Assembly: GCA_016181765.1 (NCBI GenBank)
Contig: JACOYR010000001.1
Coordinates: 16,847 to 80,846, forward strand
DNA: 64,000 nt
Reading direction: 5' to 3'
DNA from: Parcubacteria group bacterium
GTDB lineage: Bacteria > Patescibacteriota > Patescibacteriia > UBA2169
Shown here in pieces: positions 36,879 through 46,639 of the stretch. The notes beneath the pieces are model-generated. The model had not been told where the DNA came from, made no database searches, and worked only from the letters and a program-made list of their open reading frames with translations. Each line of letters begins with the position of its first letter. Position 1 is the first letter of the stretch. The translations under genes and the position numbers were made by a program.

Positions 36879-38492
36879 TATCTCCACCCTTGCCTTGCGC
36901 CTGCGGGCCGCGCGGAGAAGACCGTAGCACGCGAACAGAATCGGCATGCCAGCGATGTTGAGCCACTTGATCTGGGATCTGCGCTGGTCCGAGAGCTGCT
37001 TAAGCGGCCGGTCCGTGACGCCCTTGGAGCGGATCTCAATGAGGCTTGCATCGCTCGTAAGCGCGTCCACCAGGTTTGCGAAAAACACGGCATTCGCCTC
37101 CCACCGGCTGACGTTGATATCAAGCGGAAAATCCGCATCCCCGATCACAATGAGCCGGCCTTCCGCAGTTTCGGATTTGAACTGCACACGCTCGGCTGCG
37201 GCCGGCGGCTCGGAGCCCTCTCCATCGCCATCAATACTAACCCGGCCCGGAATGTCGTCAGCCGTAAACATGCTCTTGAAATACCCGGAGAGCATGGTTC
37301 CCACGACAAATGACCGCTGGTCCTCGGGCGCGGGAGCCTGTATCAGGCGCGGGTTCAACTGCCAGTTGCTGTCCTGGGCCCAGGCGCCTGCGGTGGTGCG
37401 CACCAAATCCGTGCGCACGGTGCGCTCATCAAGTTTTTCCTCAATGACGTCAATGCTTGATGCCCAAGTCAGCACCAGGGACTCCAGTTGGTTCACTATG
37501 TTTGAATCCGGGTTAAACCCTCCCTTTTGGATCTTGACCCACAAGGGGTACGGCGCATAGAACTGGGTCTGGTCCGTGCGGAACGGCGCGAGCTCATGGG
37601 AAACATCCAGCACCAAATCCTTGTTCAGGCGGATGCCGTGGCTCGCCAAAAATTCTCCGAGCGAGCCCTCGCGCTTTTGGGCGGTGAGGGTGTTAAAGTC
37701 CACGTCCGCGCCTTCGGCAAGGATTAGCAGATCGCCGCCCCGCATCAAGAACTGGTCAAGCACGTAGAGGTCCCTGCGGTTGAGGCTTGTAGGCCCCGGA
37801 ACCACCAGCGTCGCGATGCGCTCCGGAATGAGCTCAACGTTCTGCAGGGTAATGTCTTCCACGCGGTACTGCTGTTCCAGCATCCCGCGCACGCGCGCGA
37901 GCGCTGTCCCGGGCTGTGCTCCCTTGTCCGCCACAAAAGCAACCGTGGGGAGCTCCTGTTGGGCCACCCGCGTGATGGCCGCGGCCAGATCATACTCCAA
38001 CGTGGATGCGTCCTGCACAATAGGGATAATCTCCTGGTTATCCCCGTAAAAGGCGGCAAGCCCCAAATACCCGTTCGTAACCTGGAACGCATCTTTCTGC
38101 ACCACGTTGAACTGCAGGGTCGGGATGCCGACGCCCTGCGCCTCCCGCGCGAGCTCGTCGCTTGAGCCCGGGTCAAGGTACGTAACTTTGACATTGCCGG
38201 AGCTTGAGTTTTCAAATTCGGACAAGATGCCGCGCACGTCCTGGTTGCGCACCAGCAAGTACCCGGGCAGCTGACTCGTAAAGTAGGCTTTGACGTTCAC
38301 CACGTCATCCATGCTCGCCAAGATATCTTTCGTAGTGCGCGAGATGCTGTAGTCTTTGTTCTCGGTCGCGTCCCATCGCGCAAAAATTTTGAGCGACACC
38401 AGGTTCAGCACCACTGCCACTGCCGCAACCAAACCAATGGCGAGCAGGGCGCTTGCGCGGTTCACTTGTTTTTTGGAGTTGAAAAGCGCCAT
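36876..38492 (-). CDS. GldG-like ABC-transporter auxiliary protein (ABC-type uncharacterized transport system)
   Basis: Start MALFNSKKQ (ATG about 38492); N- and C-terminal TM anchors with large extracytoplasmic domain. ORF-track 38705 start is GC-skewed low-complexity. Confidence 0.7.
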   Translation of the reverse strand: MALFNSKKQVNRASALLAIGLVAAVAVVLNLVSLKIFARWDATENKDYSISRTTKDILASMDDVVNVKAYFTSQLPGYLLVRNQDVRGILSEFENSSSGNVKVTYLDPGSSDELAREAQGVGIPTLQFNVVQKDAFQVTNGYLGLAAFYGDNQEIIPIVQDASTLEYDLAAAITRVAQQELPTVAFVADKGAQPGTALARVRGMLEQQYRVEDITLQNVELIPERIATLVVPGPTSLNRRDLYVLDQFLMRGGDLLILAEGADVDFNTLTAQKREGSLGEFLASHGIRLNKDLVLDVSHELAPFRTDQTQFYAPYPLWVKIQKGGFNPDSNIVNQLESLVLTWASSIDVIEEKLDERTVRTDLVRTTAGAWAQDSNWQLNPRLIQAPAPEDQRSFVVGTMLSGYFKSMFTADDIPGRVSIDGDGEGSEPPAAAERVQFKSETAEGRLIVIGDADFPLDINVSRWEANAVFFANLVDALTSDASLIEIRSKGVTDRPLKQLSDQRRSQIKWLNIAGMPILFACYGLLRAARRRKARVEI

Positions 38493-38496
38493 AGGA

Positions 38497-39240
38497 TTAC
38501 CGCCAGTTGCGCGAGCTAATGGCCTGGACGTTGAGGTACACGGAAAGGCCGGTGAATGAGAGGTAGTAGATGACGTCCCGCGTGTCCACCACCCCGCGCG
38601 AGAGCGTATCAAAGTGGGAGGCTGTGGAGAGGAACTGCAGCACCGCGGCCACGGGGCCGGACACGAACCCGAGCACCTGGTTGGAACCCATGATAAAGAG
38701 TACAAACATCACGGACAAGCTCACCAGGAACGCCACAATCTGGTTGCGCGTGAATGATGACGCCAAGAGCCCGAGCGAGAGGTACGCACTACCGAGGAGG
38801 AGCGCGCCCAGGTACCCGGTGACAACCACCCCGGTATCAATGTCCCCGAGCCAGCCAATGGTTGCGGGAAGGGTGAAAGAAAAGGCGAGCACCAAGGCGA
38901 GGAACGCAAAGCTGGACAAAAATTTTGCAAGCACCACCTCAAAGTCGCGGATGGGCAAGGTGAGCAGAAACTCCACGGTGTTGCTCTTTTTCTCCTCGGC
39001 CCAGCTGCGCATGGTAATGGCCGGCGCGAGGAGGAGGAACACCCAGGGCAGGAGCCCGAACCACTGCCGCATGACTGCCTGGTCCGTAAGGAAAAAACTC
39101 TGGAAAAACAGCCAGTTGGTGGCCACCAAAAACACGGCCGCGAAAATATAGGCAATGGGACTTCCGAGGTAGCTCGCAAATTCCCGCCTGAAAATAGGGG
39201 TGATGTTTGAGATGCTTGAGGTGATGGCTGTTAGTTTCAT
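38497..39240 (-). CDS. ABC-2 type transporter permease (GldF-like)
   Basis: Six TM helices; start MKLTAITSS with ATGA overlap to upstream ATPase gene. Confidence 0.7.
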   Translation of the reverse strand: MKLTAITSSISNITPIFRREFASYLGSPIAYIFAAVFLVATNWLFFQSFFLTDQAVMRQWFGLLPWVFLLLAPAITMRSWAEEKKSNTVEFLLTLPIRDFEVVLAKFLSSFAFLALVLAFSFTLPATIGWLGDIDTGVVVTGYLGALLLGSAYLSLGLLASSFTRNQIVAFLVSLSVMFVLFIMGSNQVLGFVSGPVAAVLQFLSTASHFDTLSRGVVDTRDVIYYLSFTGLSVYLNVQAISSRNWR

Positions 39241-40160
39241 ACCGTCAATCTCCTGAACACGTCCTCCAAGTTCTCGTGCTTCTTGTACATTTCCAGCAGG
39301 GTCCACTTGTTGGACACGGCTGACTTAAAAATCAACTCCCTGCCGTCCCCTTCCGTAATCTCAACCCCGAACGCGTAGATGTCCCTGCCCTCGCCCGCAT
39401 ATTCTCTGATGGCGCCCACGGTGCGGTACTCGGAAAGCATCTGCCGCACCAGGCCGCGGTCGCCCTTGAACTTGATGTAAATGACCTCGCGGTTAGAGCC
39501 GAGGGTGAGCTCATCCGCCGTGCCCTGGGCAACGATTTTCCCATTGTTGATGATGACCACGCGCGAGCATGTCGCCGTAACCTCCGGCAGGATGTGGGTT
39601 GAGAGGATGACGGTCTTCTCTTTTCCGATCTGCTTGATGAGATCGCGGATCTCAACGATCTGGTTCGGGTCCAATCCGCTCGTGGGCTCATCCAGGATGA
39701 GGATGTCCGGGTTGTGCATCATGGCCTGCGCCAAGCCCGCGCGCTGGCGGTACCCCTTGGAAAGCGCGTCAATGGATTTTGAGTACACGCTCCCCAAGCC
39801 GCACACGTCAACCATGCGCCGGATGGCGGTACCTCGCTTGGCTTTGGGAATCCTGCGGGCGGCTGCCACAAACGCCAGATACTCGTGCACGCGCATGTCC
39901 GTGTACAGAGGATTGGTTTCGGGCAGATACCCGATGCGGCTGCGGATTTCAAACGAGCTGTCCACCACGTCCAACCCGTCCACCATGGCAGTGCCGGACG
40001 TGGGCGCAATAAAGCCGGTGATGATCTTTAAGGTCGTGGACTTTCCGGCTCCGTTCGGGCCCAAAAAACCCAGGACTTCCCCGGTCCGCACCTCAAAGTT
40101 CACGTTATCCAAGGCGCGGGTAGGGCCGTAGGTTTTGGTGAGATTTTGTATCTGGATCAT
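39237..40160 (-). CDS. ABC transporter ATP-binding protein (GldA-like)
   Basis: Walker A GPNGAGKST, signature LSKGYRQRAGLAQA, Walker B ILILDEPTSGLD. Minus-strand -10 TGCTATAAT at about 40185. Confidence 0.85.
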   Translation of the reverse strand: MIQIQNLTKTYGPTRALDNVNFEVRTGEVLGFLGPNGAGKSTTLKIITGFIAPTSGTAMVDGLDVVDSSFEIRSRIGYLPETNPLYTDMRVHEYLAFVAAARRIPKAKRGTAIRRMVDVCGLGSVYSKSIDALSKGYRQRAGLAQAMMHNPDILILDEPTSGLDPNQIVEIRDLIKQIGKEKTVILSTHILPEVTATCSRVVIINNGKIVAQGTADELTLGSNREVIYIKFKGDRGLVRQMLSEYRTVGAIREYAGEGRDIYAFGVEITEGDGRELIFKSAVSNKWTLLEMYKKHENLEDVFRRLTV

Positions 40161-40218
40161 ACTGAAAAAACGACATCTTTTGGGATGTCATTATAGCATA
40201 CCTTGCCCGGCAATCAAG

Positions 40219-40458
40219 CTACCCGAACAGGTCAAAAAACAGGTCAAACTTTTTGGCGAACCGCCGGATTTTGTAGGCCGCCGCAATGGAGCCCAAACCC
40301 ATGAGGATGAACGCGAACGCGAAAAACAGGATCAGGAGCTGTGGGTACATCACAATGAGGAGCCCCAGGAAAACCATGACCCCGCCCTGCACCACCAACT
40401 GCCACGCCAATGCGTGCGTGGAGTGCTTTGCTTCTTTTATGAAATGGATTCGTTCCAT
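40219..40458 (-). CDS. Small membrane protein (79 aa)
   Basis: Two hydrophobic helices; no family call. Confidence 0.45.
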   Translation of the reverse strand: MERIHFIKEAKHSTHALAWQLVVQGGVMVFLGLLIVMYPQLLILFFAFAFILMGLGSIAAAYKIRRFAKKFDLFFDLFG

Positions 40459-40490
40459 GCGATTATTATACCATATAACTCGTCTTTTTC

Positions 40491-41486
40491 CTACAAACTC
40501 TGCATCAGCTCGCGGAACACCTTGTCCGCTTTTTTGCGCTCAACCACGATATCGTTCAATGCCGCGAGTATGGGCAGTTTGAGCCGCTCTTTTGCCGCAA
40601 TCTGGTGCAGGCTCTCAATGGCAGAGAGGCCTTCCACGGTTTCCCCAACTTTTGAGAGGGCCGCGGTTATGGTCTTGCCTTTCCCGATGAGCTCGCCGAA
40701 GGCCCGGTTGCGGCTCTCCGGGGACAGGCATGTTGCCAGGGCATCCCCGAATCCGGCAAGGCCGTACACCGTCTCCTCGGATCCGCCCATCTTCCAGATG
40801 AGGCGCGAGAGCTCGCGGAACCCCTCGGTAAGGATCCACGCGTACGTGTTGTACCCGTACCCCATGCCCGCCATGATGCCGGATGCCACGGCGAGCGCGT
40901 TTTTGGCAACCCCGGAAAGCGCGACCCCGGCCATGTCCCGCGTTTCCACAACCTTAAACCAATCATTGGAAAACGCGTCCAACGCGCGCCGCGAATACTC
41001 ATTGGAGCGCTCCGAGGCGAGCGTTGCGGCCGTGGGCTTTTTGAGGGCGATTTCCCGCGCAAACGTGGGGCCGGACAAAAGCATGGTCTGGTGCCGAAAC
41101 GCGCTTCCCAGCTCTTCCAAAATGATCTCGGGCATGGTTTTGAAACTCTTGGGTTCAAGACCCTTGGCAACACAGACAATCACGCAGTTGCGCGCAATCG
41201 CGTCCTTGATGCGCCCGGCAACTTCCCGCACCGCGCTTGATGCCACGGCCACCACAACCATGTCCCGGCTCGCCACGGCTCTCGCGATGTTGGCTTCGGC
41301 TTTGATGGCGTTCTCAAGCCCAAGCTCGGAAAGGGAGCGCGGGTTCTTGTGGAACCGGTTGATGCCATCGCAAACGTCCCGCTCTATGTCCCAAAGCGTA
41401 ACTTTGTACCTGTTTTCGGCAAGCACGGTCGCGAGGGCCGTGCCCATGGCGCCTGCGCCTAAAATTGTTGCGGAAGCTTGAGGCAT
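40491..41486 (-). CDS. gpsA: NAD(P)H-dependent glycerol-3-phosphate dehydrogenase
   Basis: TILGAGAMGTALA Rossmann motif; conserved GLEN, KG, GP.FAREI elements. Confidence 0.85.
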   Translation of the reverse strand: MPQASATILGAGAMGTALATVLAENRYKVTLWDIERDVCDGINRFHKNPRSLSELGLENAIKAEANIARAVASRDMVVVAVASSAVREVAGRIKDAIARNCVIVCVAKGLEPKSFKTMPEIILEELGSAFRHQTMLLSGPTFAREIALKKPTAATLASERSNEYSRRALDAFSNDWFKVVETRDMAGVALSGVAKNALAVASGIMAGMGYGYNTYAWILTEGFRELSRLIWKMGGSEETVYGLAGFGDALATCLSPESRNRAFGELIGKGKTITAALSKVGETVEGLSAIESLHQIAAKERLKLPILAALNDIVVERKKADKVFRELMQSL

Positions 41487-42136
41487 TGTACTGCGGTTAC
41501 TACTTCATCCGTAAATATATCACTGATGCCCGCGTTTTGGAAGTACCGGATGCCGTCCTCGCGGTTCAAGACCCCGCCATACACCTTAAACCCCTGGTTT
41601 TGGAACCGCTCCTTGAGCGCCGCGAGGCGGCGCAAGGGAACCATCCGGCGGAAGAGCGGCTCGCTGCCGGGTATGCCGTCCAGCCACCCGATGTACACGG
41701 CATGGCTTGGGCGGGGCTTTCTGACATAGGACCACGCCGGGAGCGAGAGAATTTGGTCCACTTTGAGTTTTGGAAAATCCGCTTGCGCCCTGATAGCGGT
41801 TTTAAGGTTGTACGCGAACCCGATGAGGTGCACGCGCTCCCAGACATCCAGGCTGCTGATGCGGCGGGCAACATGCGCCAAAAGCTCTGCTGATGAGTCT
41901 TTGAGCTCCAAAAAAAACGGCGCAGGTTCTTTGTGCGCGATGTACGCAAACAGATCATCCAGGGTGATGAGGCCCTGTGAACTTTTGGCCGGGTCGTGCG
42001 AAACAACGGCCTGCCCATCGCCCGCAATGCGGACATCGGTTTCTATGGCATCCGCTCCCGCGCTAAAAGCCGCGTCAAATGCCGCGAACGTGTTTTCCGG
42101 ATGCTCTTTTGCGTATCCCCGGTGGCTGATAATCAT
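41459..42136 (-). CDS. Glycerophosphodiester phosphodiesterase (GDPD/UgpQ family)
   Basis: MIISHRGYAKEHPENTFAAFDAAFSAGADAIETDVRIAGDG catalytic His/Glu/Asp motifs. Overlaps gpsA start. Confidence 0.75.
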   Translation of the reverse strand: MIISHRGYAKEHPENTFAAFDAAFSAGADAIETDVRIAGDGQAVVSHDPAKSSQGLITLDDLFAYIAHKEPAPFFLELKDSSAELLAHVARRISSLDVWERVHLIGFAYNLKTAIRAQADFPKLKVDQILSLPAWSYVRKPRPSHAVYIGWLDGIPGSEPLFRRMVPLRRLAALKERFQNQGFKVYGGVLNREDGIRYFQNAGISDIFTDEVVTAVQCLKLPQQF

Positions 42137-42137
42137 A

Positions 42138-43547
42138 CTATAGTTCAACACTGTTTCCCCGCCTGGGTGAGGCAACCGAAACAGGCGGCAGTGTGCGGTT
42201 GACCAGATCAGTAAACGTAGCCATGGCCCGCGCTTCCCCGTGCACCAGAAACAGTTTTGAGAGGCCGCGCACGGACGCGATGTACTCCAGGAGCTCGGCT
42301 TGGTCCGCGTGCGCGGACAGGGCGTGCGCGGTTTCCACGCGCGCTTTTACGTCATACGTCCGGTTAAAAATGCGCACCGGCGAAACCCCGTCCTGGATGC
42401 GCCTGCCCAGCGTGTTCTCGGCTTGGTATCCGGTGATGAGGATGGCGTTGTTGGGATGAGTGATGCTGTTCTTGAGGTGATGGAGCACGCGTCCCGCCTC
42501 CATCATGCCGCTTGCCGATATGACCATCAGGGGGCCGCCCATTTCGTTGAGGCGCTTTGACTCTTCCGTGGTTACGGCATAGGATAAGCCCTCAAACATC
42601 AGGGGCACATCTTTTTCCGGATCAAAATCTTTCCAGGTTTGGTTATCAAACACATTGCGGTGCTTCTTAAATATCTCAGTGACGCGGGCCGCCAAGGGGC
42701 TGTCCAAATACACCGGAATCCGGGGAAACCCCTTGATGTGGAACATCTGGTGCAGGAGGTAGATGAGTTCCTGGGTGCGGCCTAAAGCGAACGCGGGCAC
42801 AATGATTTTTGATTGGCGCTTGATGGCGCGCTCTATGAGTTCGGCTACGATTTTCTCGGTTTTAGCCTGCGGCTCGTGCACGCGGTCCCCGTACGTCGCT
42901 TCCGATAAAAGGATGTCCACGTTCTCCCGGATGGGGTCGGGATCGCGCAAGATGGGCGCGTTCTTCCGGCCCAAATCCCCGGTAAAGGCGAGCGTCTTGG
43001 TACGGCCAGACTCTTTGATTTCTATCACCGCAACCGCAGACCCCAGGATGTGGCCCGCATCATACATTTTGAACCTGACTGAATCGGATAATGATGTCCA
43101 GCCCCCGCCGAGATGGACGTACTCTGCGGGTTTGAATTGCCGCATGGTTGCCGCGACATCGTCCTGCGTGTACAGCGGCTCAATGGGGTTCTGATTTTTC
43201 TGCAAGTGGCGATTCAAGTACTCGGTGTCCGACTCCTGGATGTGCGCCGCATCAAGCAGCATGGCTTCGGCCACGTCTATGGTCGCGGGTGTTGCGTAAA
43301 TCGGACCGTCAAAACCCTGCTTCACGAGGAGCGGGAGCAGGCCGCAGTGGTCCAGGTGCGCGTGCGAGAGGATGGCCGCGCCTATTGACGAAGCAACCAT
43401 GGGAAAAGTGCGGTTCAGCCTCTCGGCCTCGGAACGGTGGCCCTGGTGGAACCCGCAGTCAAGTAAGAGCCGAAAACCGCCTTCAGTTTCTATGAGGTGT
43501 TTGGATCCGGTGACGTTTTGCGCTGCCCCGTGGAACGTAATTCGCAT
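42138..43547 (-). CDS. MBL-fold beta-CASP ribonuclease (RNase J / CPSF-like)
   Basis: HAHLDHCG motif 2, beta-CASP motifs, C-terminal RNA-metabolising MBL domain; start MRITFHGAAQNVTGS. Confidence 0.8.
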   Translation of the reverse strand: MRITFHGAAQNVTGSKHLIETEGGFRLLLDCGFHQGHRSEAERLNRTFPMVASSIGAAILSHAHLDHCGLLPLLVKQGFDGPIYATPATIDVAEAMLLDAAHIQESDTEYLNRHLQKNQNPIEPLYTQDDVAATMRQFKPAEYVHLGGGWTSLSDSVRFKMYDAGHILGSAVAVIEIKESGRTKTLAFTGDLGRKNAPILRDPDPIRENVDILLSEATYGDRVHEPQAKTEKIVAELIERAIKRQSKIIVPAFALGRTQELIYLLHQMFHIKGFPRIPVYLDSPLAARVTEIFKKHRNVFDNQTWKDFDPEKDVPLMFEGLSYAVTTEESKRLNEMGGPLMVISASGMMEAGRVLHHLKNSITHPNNAILITGYQAENTLGRRIQDGVSPVRIFNRTYDVKARVETAHALSAHADQAELLEYIASVRGLSKLFLVHGEARAMATFTDLVNRTLPPVSVASPRRGNSVEL

Positions 43548-43588
43548 ATGCGTGTAGTGTACCAAGTTTAGTGCTATACTGAAAGCAT

Positions 43589-44245
43589 ATGAAGCTACCC
43601 TACAAAATCAATCCAAAATTGGAGGCGCTGACCCTCCTCGTGCTCCTTGGGGCGTCTGTTGCGGCATTCTACTTCTATACGAACTTCCCGCCGGAAGTGG
43701 CAACGCACTGGAACTTCCAGGGAGAGGCGGACGGATTTTCGGGCCGCGCGTTTGCCGCGTTCTTTTTCCCGGCGCTCGCGTGGGCCATCTATCTGCTCAT
43801 CACGTTCCTGCCGCTCATTGACCCGAAGCGCGACCGGTACAAAGAGTTCTCGGGCGCGTACAATGCCATGCGCTTGCTGGTGGTTGTGGTGCTTACGGTG
43901 CTGTATGCGACTGCCTCGGCAAACGGCATCGGGTACAACATTCCAGTGGGCACGGTTACGCCCATATTAGTCGGAATTATGTTTGTGGCGTTGGGAACAC
44001 TCATGCCCCGCATCAAGCGCAACTGGTTTTTTGGCATCCGCACGCCCTGGACCCTTTCCTCGGAAACCGTGTGGGCCGAAACCCACCGCGTGGGCGCCGT
44101 GCTCTTTGCGCTCGCGGGCGCGGCCTTTATCATCATCCCGTTTCTGCCTAACACTTTTGCGCTGCCGCTCTTTATCGCGGTGCTGGTACTGCTCCTGGTG
44201 AACACGGTTGGCTACTCCTGGTGGGTGTGGCGGAAACTGCAGTAG
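43589..44245 (+). CDS. SdpI/YhfL-family membrane protein
   Basis: KRNWFFGIRTPWTLSSETVWAETH signature of SdpI family. Plus-strand -10 TGCTATACT ends 8 nt before ATG (leaderless). Confidence 0.65.
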   Translation: MKLPYKINPKLEALTLLVLLGASVAAFYFYTNFPPEVATHWNFQGEADGFSGRAFAAFFFPALAWAIYLLITFLPLIDPKRDRYKEFSGAYNAMRLLVVVVLTVLYATASANGIGYNIPVGTVTPILVGIMFVALGTLMPRIKRNWFFGIRTPWTLSSETVWAETHRVGAVLFALAGAAFIIIPFLPNTFALPLFIAVLVLLLVNTVGYSWWVWRKLQ

Positions 44246-44307
44246 GCGCGGTCGCGCGCCAAGAACGCCGCCGCGTCCGCCTGGCTGTGGGGGAGTATGC
44301 TGTATGC

Positions 44308-44550
44308 TTATTCAAACTCCGGCAAGGGAATTCCTTTTTCGCGCAAACGATTAACAATGTCGGCGCGCTCTTTGCGTTCTGATTCGCTCAACTGGGTTTG
44401 CCTGCTGGTTTCACCAAGCGCAACCAAACGCTCTGCGTCTTTCTGGTCCGCGCCAAGGATCTGTAAAAGCCTGATAGTTTCTATGGTACCCAGGTTGTGC
44501 AAGTACTGGGCAGTCAATTCGTGGGGCTCGCCTTCCATATTCTCCATCAT
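44308..44550 (-). CDS. Hypothetical small acidic protein
   Basis: 80 aa ORF; no family. Confidence 0.4.
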   Translation of the reverse strand: MMENMEGEPHELTAQYLHNLGTIETIRLLQILGADQKDAERLVALGETSRQTQLSESERKERADIVNRLREKGIPLPEFE

Positions 44551-44598
44551 ACCAAAAAGCGGCCCTGGGGGAAAGGCCGCTCTCTGGGGGGTTGGTAC

Positions 44599-45444
44599 CT
44601 ATTCAACCTTCTTCTCAAACAATTTCCACTGTCCGCCGCGGTGCATGCCTGCCGCGCCGCCCGGGCCTCCAGGGAACGGGCCTTCGCCTTCCACGAACTT
44701 CATCACCGGCTCATCCGCCACGTTCACGCCGAGCGTTACCTGCTGGCCTTCCGCGTTGGTGTAGCGCAGGAATTTGGCGGGCTGCATCTCTTCCATATCA
44801 GCCTCGTGCTCCTCTATCTTGGCTTGAATTTCCTCGGGAAGGTTCTCAAGGTCCTCGGCGGAATGACGCATCATCTTAAACCCGAACGCGCGCCCGGCCT
44901 TGCCCATAAATCCGGGGATGGGCATCTCGTCCGCACTCACCACTTCAAGGTCCGAAGCTGCCTGCGCCTCGGCCAGCGAATCCGCAAGGGATGCTTTCAT
45001 CTGCGCGTGCATGGCCTCGCGCTCTTCATCCGAAATCTCCATCATGCCGCGGAACAAGCCCGCCTCGCCGGGCTCCCTAAAGTGCACGCGGTCAGCGAAC
45101 TTAACCTCTAAATCAGCTTTTTCCTCGTCCGTGAGGTTGATGAAGCGCGCAAACATGCGCTTTACGGAATCCTGGGCCTGGGCCTGCGCAACTTCGGAAG
45201 CGCTGGGGCCCAAAACGCCGGCAGCCACGACCAGGCCGAACACGCCGAGCGTGGCTGCGAGGGTGCTCTTTTTGCCTAATGACATAGTGTGTACCGTATC
45301 ATTAATAATGTGGCCAAACGAACGCACGCTGGAGCGGTGTTCATGCGCGGTAAGCAACGCCACCTTGAGGCGGCGCTTATGGCTTTCCATGCGCGCGACT
45401 TGCGGTTTCGCAAGGTTTTCAAATGGATGGTTCTCCGTGTGCAT
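44599..45444 (-). CDS. Putative anti-sigma factor / periplasmic stress protein (single TM; periplasmic region with LTxxE/ISDEE repeats)
   Basis: Directly downstream (4 nt) of ECF sigma gene. Cytoplasmic about 65 aa, TM STLAATLGVFGLVVAAGVLG, periplasmic domain. Start codon uncertain (45444 or 45285). Confidence 0.5.
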   Translation of the reverse strand: MHTENHPFENLAKPQVARMESHKRRLKVALLTAHEHRSSVRSFGHIINDTVHTMSLGKKSTLAATLGVFGLVVAAGVLGPSASEVAQAQAQDSVKRMFARFINLTDEEKADLEVKFADRVHFREPGEAGLFRGMMEISDEEREAMHAQMKASLADSLAEAQAASDLEVVSADEMPIPGFMGKAGRAFGFKMMRHSAEDLENLPEEIQAKIEEHEADMEEMQPAKFLRYTNAEGQQVTLGVNVADEPVMKFVEGEGPFPGGPGGAAGMHRGGQWKLFEKKVE

Positions 45445-45448
45445 ACGT

Positions 45449-46105
45449 TTAGCTCTCTTTGGGCGCGGGACTAATCGCGCCTTCTGCATCTACAACGCGG
45501 CCGTCCTCTTTTGGTTGCGCGACAGCGCCCGCCGATGAGGCGGGCATCTTCTTGTGAAGCAGGGCGGTACCGCGGGACAATAATGACTTGACGGTTCCCT
45601 CCCGCTTTCCCAAAATTGACGCAATCTCTGATATCTTTTTATCTTCAAAATACCGGAGTGATAATACTTCCTGGTATTTTTCCGGAAGTTTGCGCAGGGC
45701 CGCGTGCGCGAGCTTCCACGATTGCGCGCGCTCCAGCTCCTCTTCCTGCTCCATCAATTCCCGCGCCAGATCGCGCTCATCGGCAAGCTCAATGCCGGAT
45801 TTTTCAAGCAGGGCCTCCAGCGAGTAGTGGCGCTTTTTGGCGGCGCGGAAATACTGGTTGATTTCGTTGGTCGCGATCCGGTAGAGCCAGGATGAAATTG
45901 AGATGCCGCGCCACTTGAATTGCCACAGCCTGTCCAAGGCTTTGAAAAACGTTTCAGACGCGATGTCCTGGGCCGCATGCACGTTGCCCGTGCGCTTTAA
46001 GATGTATCCGAAAATGGGCTCATAGTACTCGTCAAAAACCGCCCCGAACGCTTGGGGGTCTTTTTGCGCTTGTGTGATGAGTTGCTTTTCTTGTTGCTTG
46101 TCCAT
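45449..46105 (-). CDS. ECF-type RNA polymerase sigma-70 factor
   Basis: Region 2 (YYEPIFGYILKRTGNVHAAQDIASETFFKA) and region 4 HTH (VLSLRYFEDKKISEIASILGKREGTVKSLLSRG). Confidence 0.8.
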   Translation of the reverse strand: MDKQQEKQLITQAQKDPQAFGAVFDEYYEPIFGYILKRTGNVHAAQDIASETFFKALDRLWQFKWRGISISSWLYRIATNEINQYFRAAKKRHYSLEALLEKSGIELADERDLARELMEQEEELERAQSWKLAHAALRKLPEKYQEVLSLRYFEDKKISEIASILGKREGTVKSLLSRGTALLHKKMPASSAGAVAQPKEDGRVVDAEGAISPAPKES

Positions 46106-46112
46106 ACAGTTC

Positions 46113-46150
46113 CCCCTCCTTTCATAAGGAGGGGGCTAGGGGGTGGTGAG
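46113..46150 (+). repeat. Palindromic repeat family copy 4 (CCCCCTCCTTtcatAAGGAGGGGG + CTAGGGGGTGG). Its arm supplies the SD (AAGGAGGGGG) 7 nt upstream of the ECF sigma start codon on the minus strand
   Basis: Minus-strand reading: CCCCCTCCTTatgaAAGGAGGGGGaactgtATG. Confidence 0.65.
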
Positions 46151-46302
46151 AGGGTCAGTCAATCAAAAATCCGCGTCTAGTATACTATAACGCGGGGGTG
46201 GCGGAAAGGTTGCATTGCGCTTTTGTGATTTTTCTGGTATAACGGAGTGGCCCAACTATTTCGGAATTTCCACCCTCCGAGCCGCAGGAGGCGGCAGACG
46301 AG

Positions 46303-46527
46303 ATGACGAAAGAAGCGCTCTTTACTGGTTTGTTCCTGGGGGGACCCGCAATCGTGTTCACGGTCTATGTGTTGATCGCGAATCCGAGCATTGATCGCGC
46401 GGTCGTGGGACTCGTGCTGTGCATGGTTTGGGCGGTTGCCTGGAACGCCACGCTCCTGTCCCCAGGGCCGTTTTCACTGCCGCCGCAACCGCACATGAGG
46501 AATACGTCGGAACAGACGTCAGAGTAG
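46303..46527 (+). CDS. Small membrane protein (74 aa)
   Basis: Two TM helices; followed by strong terminator. Confidence 0.45.
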   Translation: MTKEALFTGLFLGGPAIVFTVYVLIANPSIDRAVVGLVLCMVWAVAWNATLLSPGPFSLPPQPHMRNTSEQTSE

Positions 46528-46566
46528 CGCCCGCAAGCGCGTAACAACAACGCGCGCGTTCCACGA

Positions 46567-46607
46567 CCCCCCGCAGGCTCAACTAGCTGCGGGGGGTATT
46601 TATTTTG
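46567..46607 (+). terminator. Intrinsic terminator (10-bp GC stem CCCCCCGCAG/CTGCGGGGGG, then TATTTATTTT)
   Basis: 46567-46576 / 46587-46596. Confidence 0.65.
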
Positions 46608-46639
46608 CAAAAAAGACCACTTAAAAATACGGCAAAATA

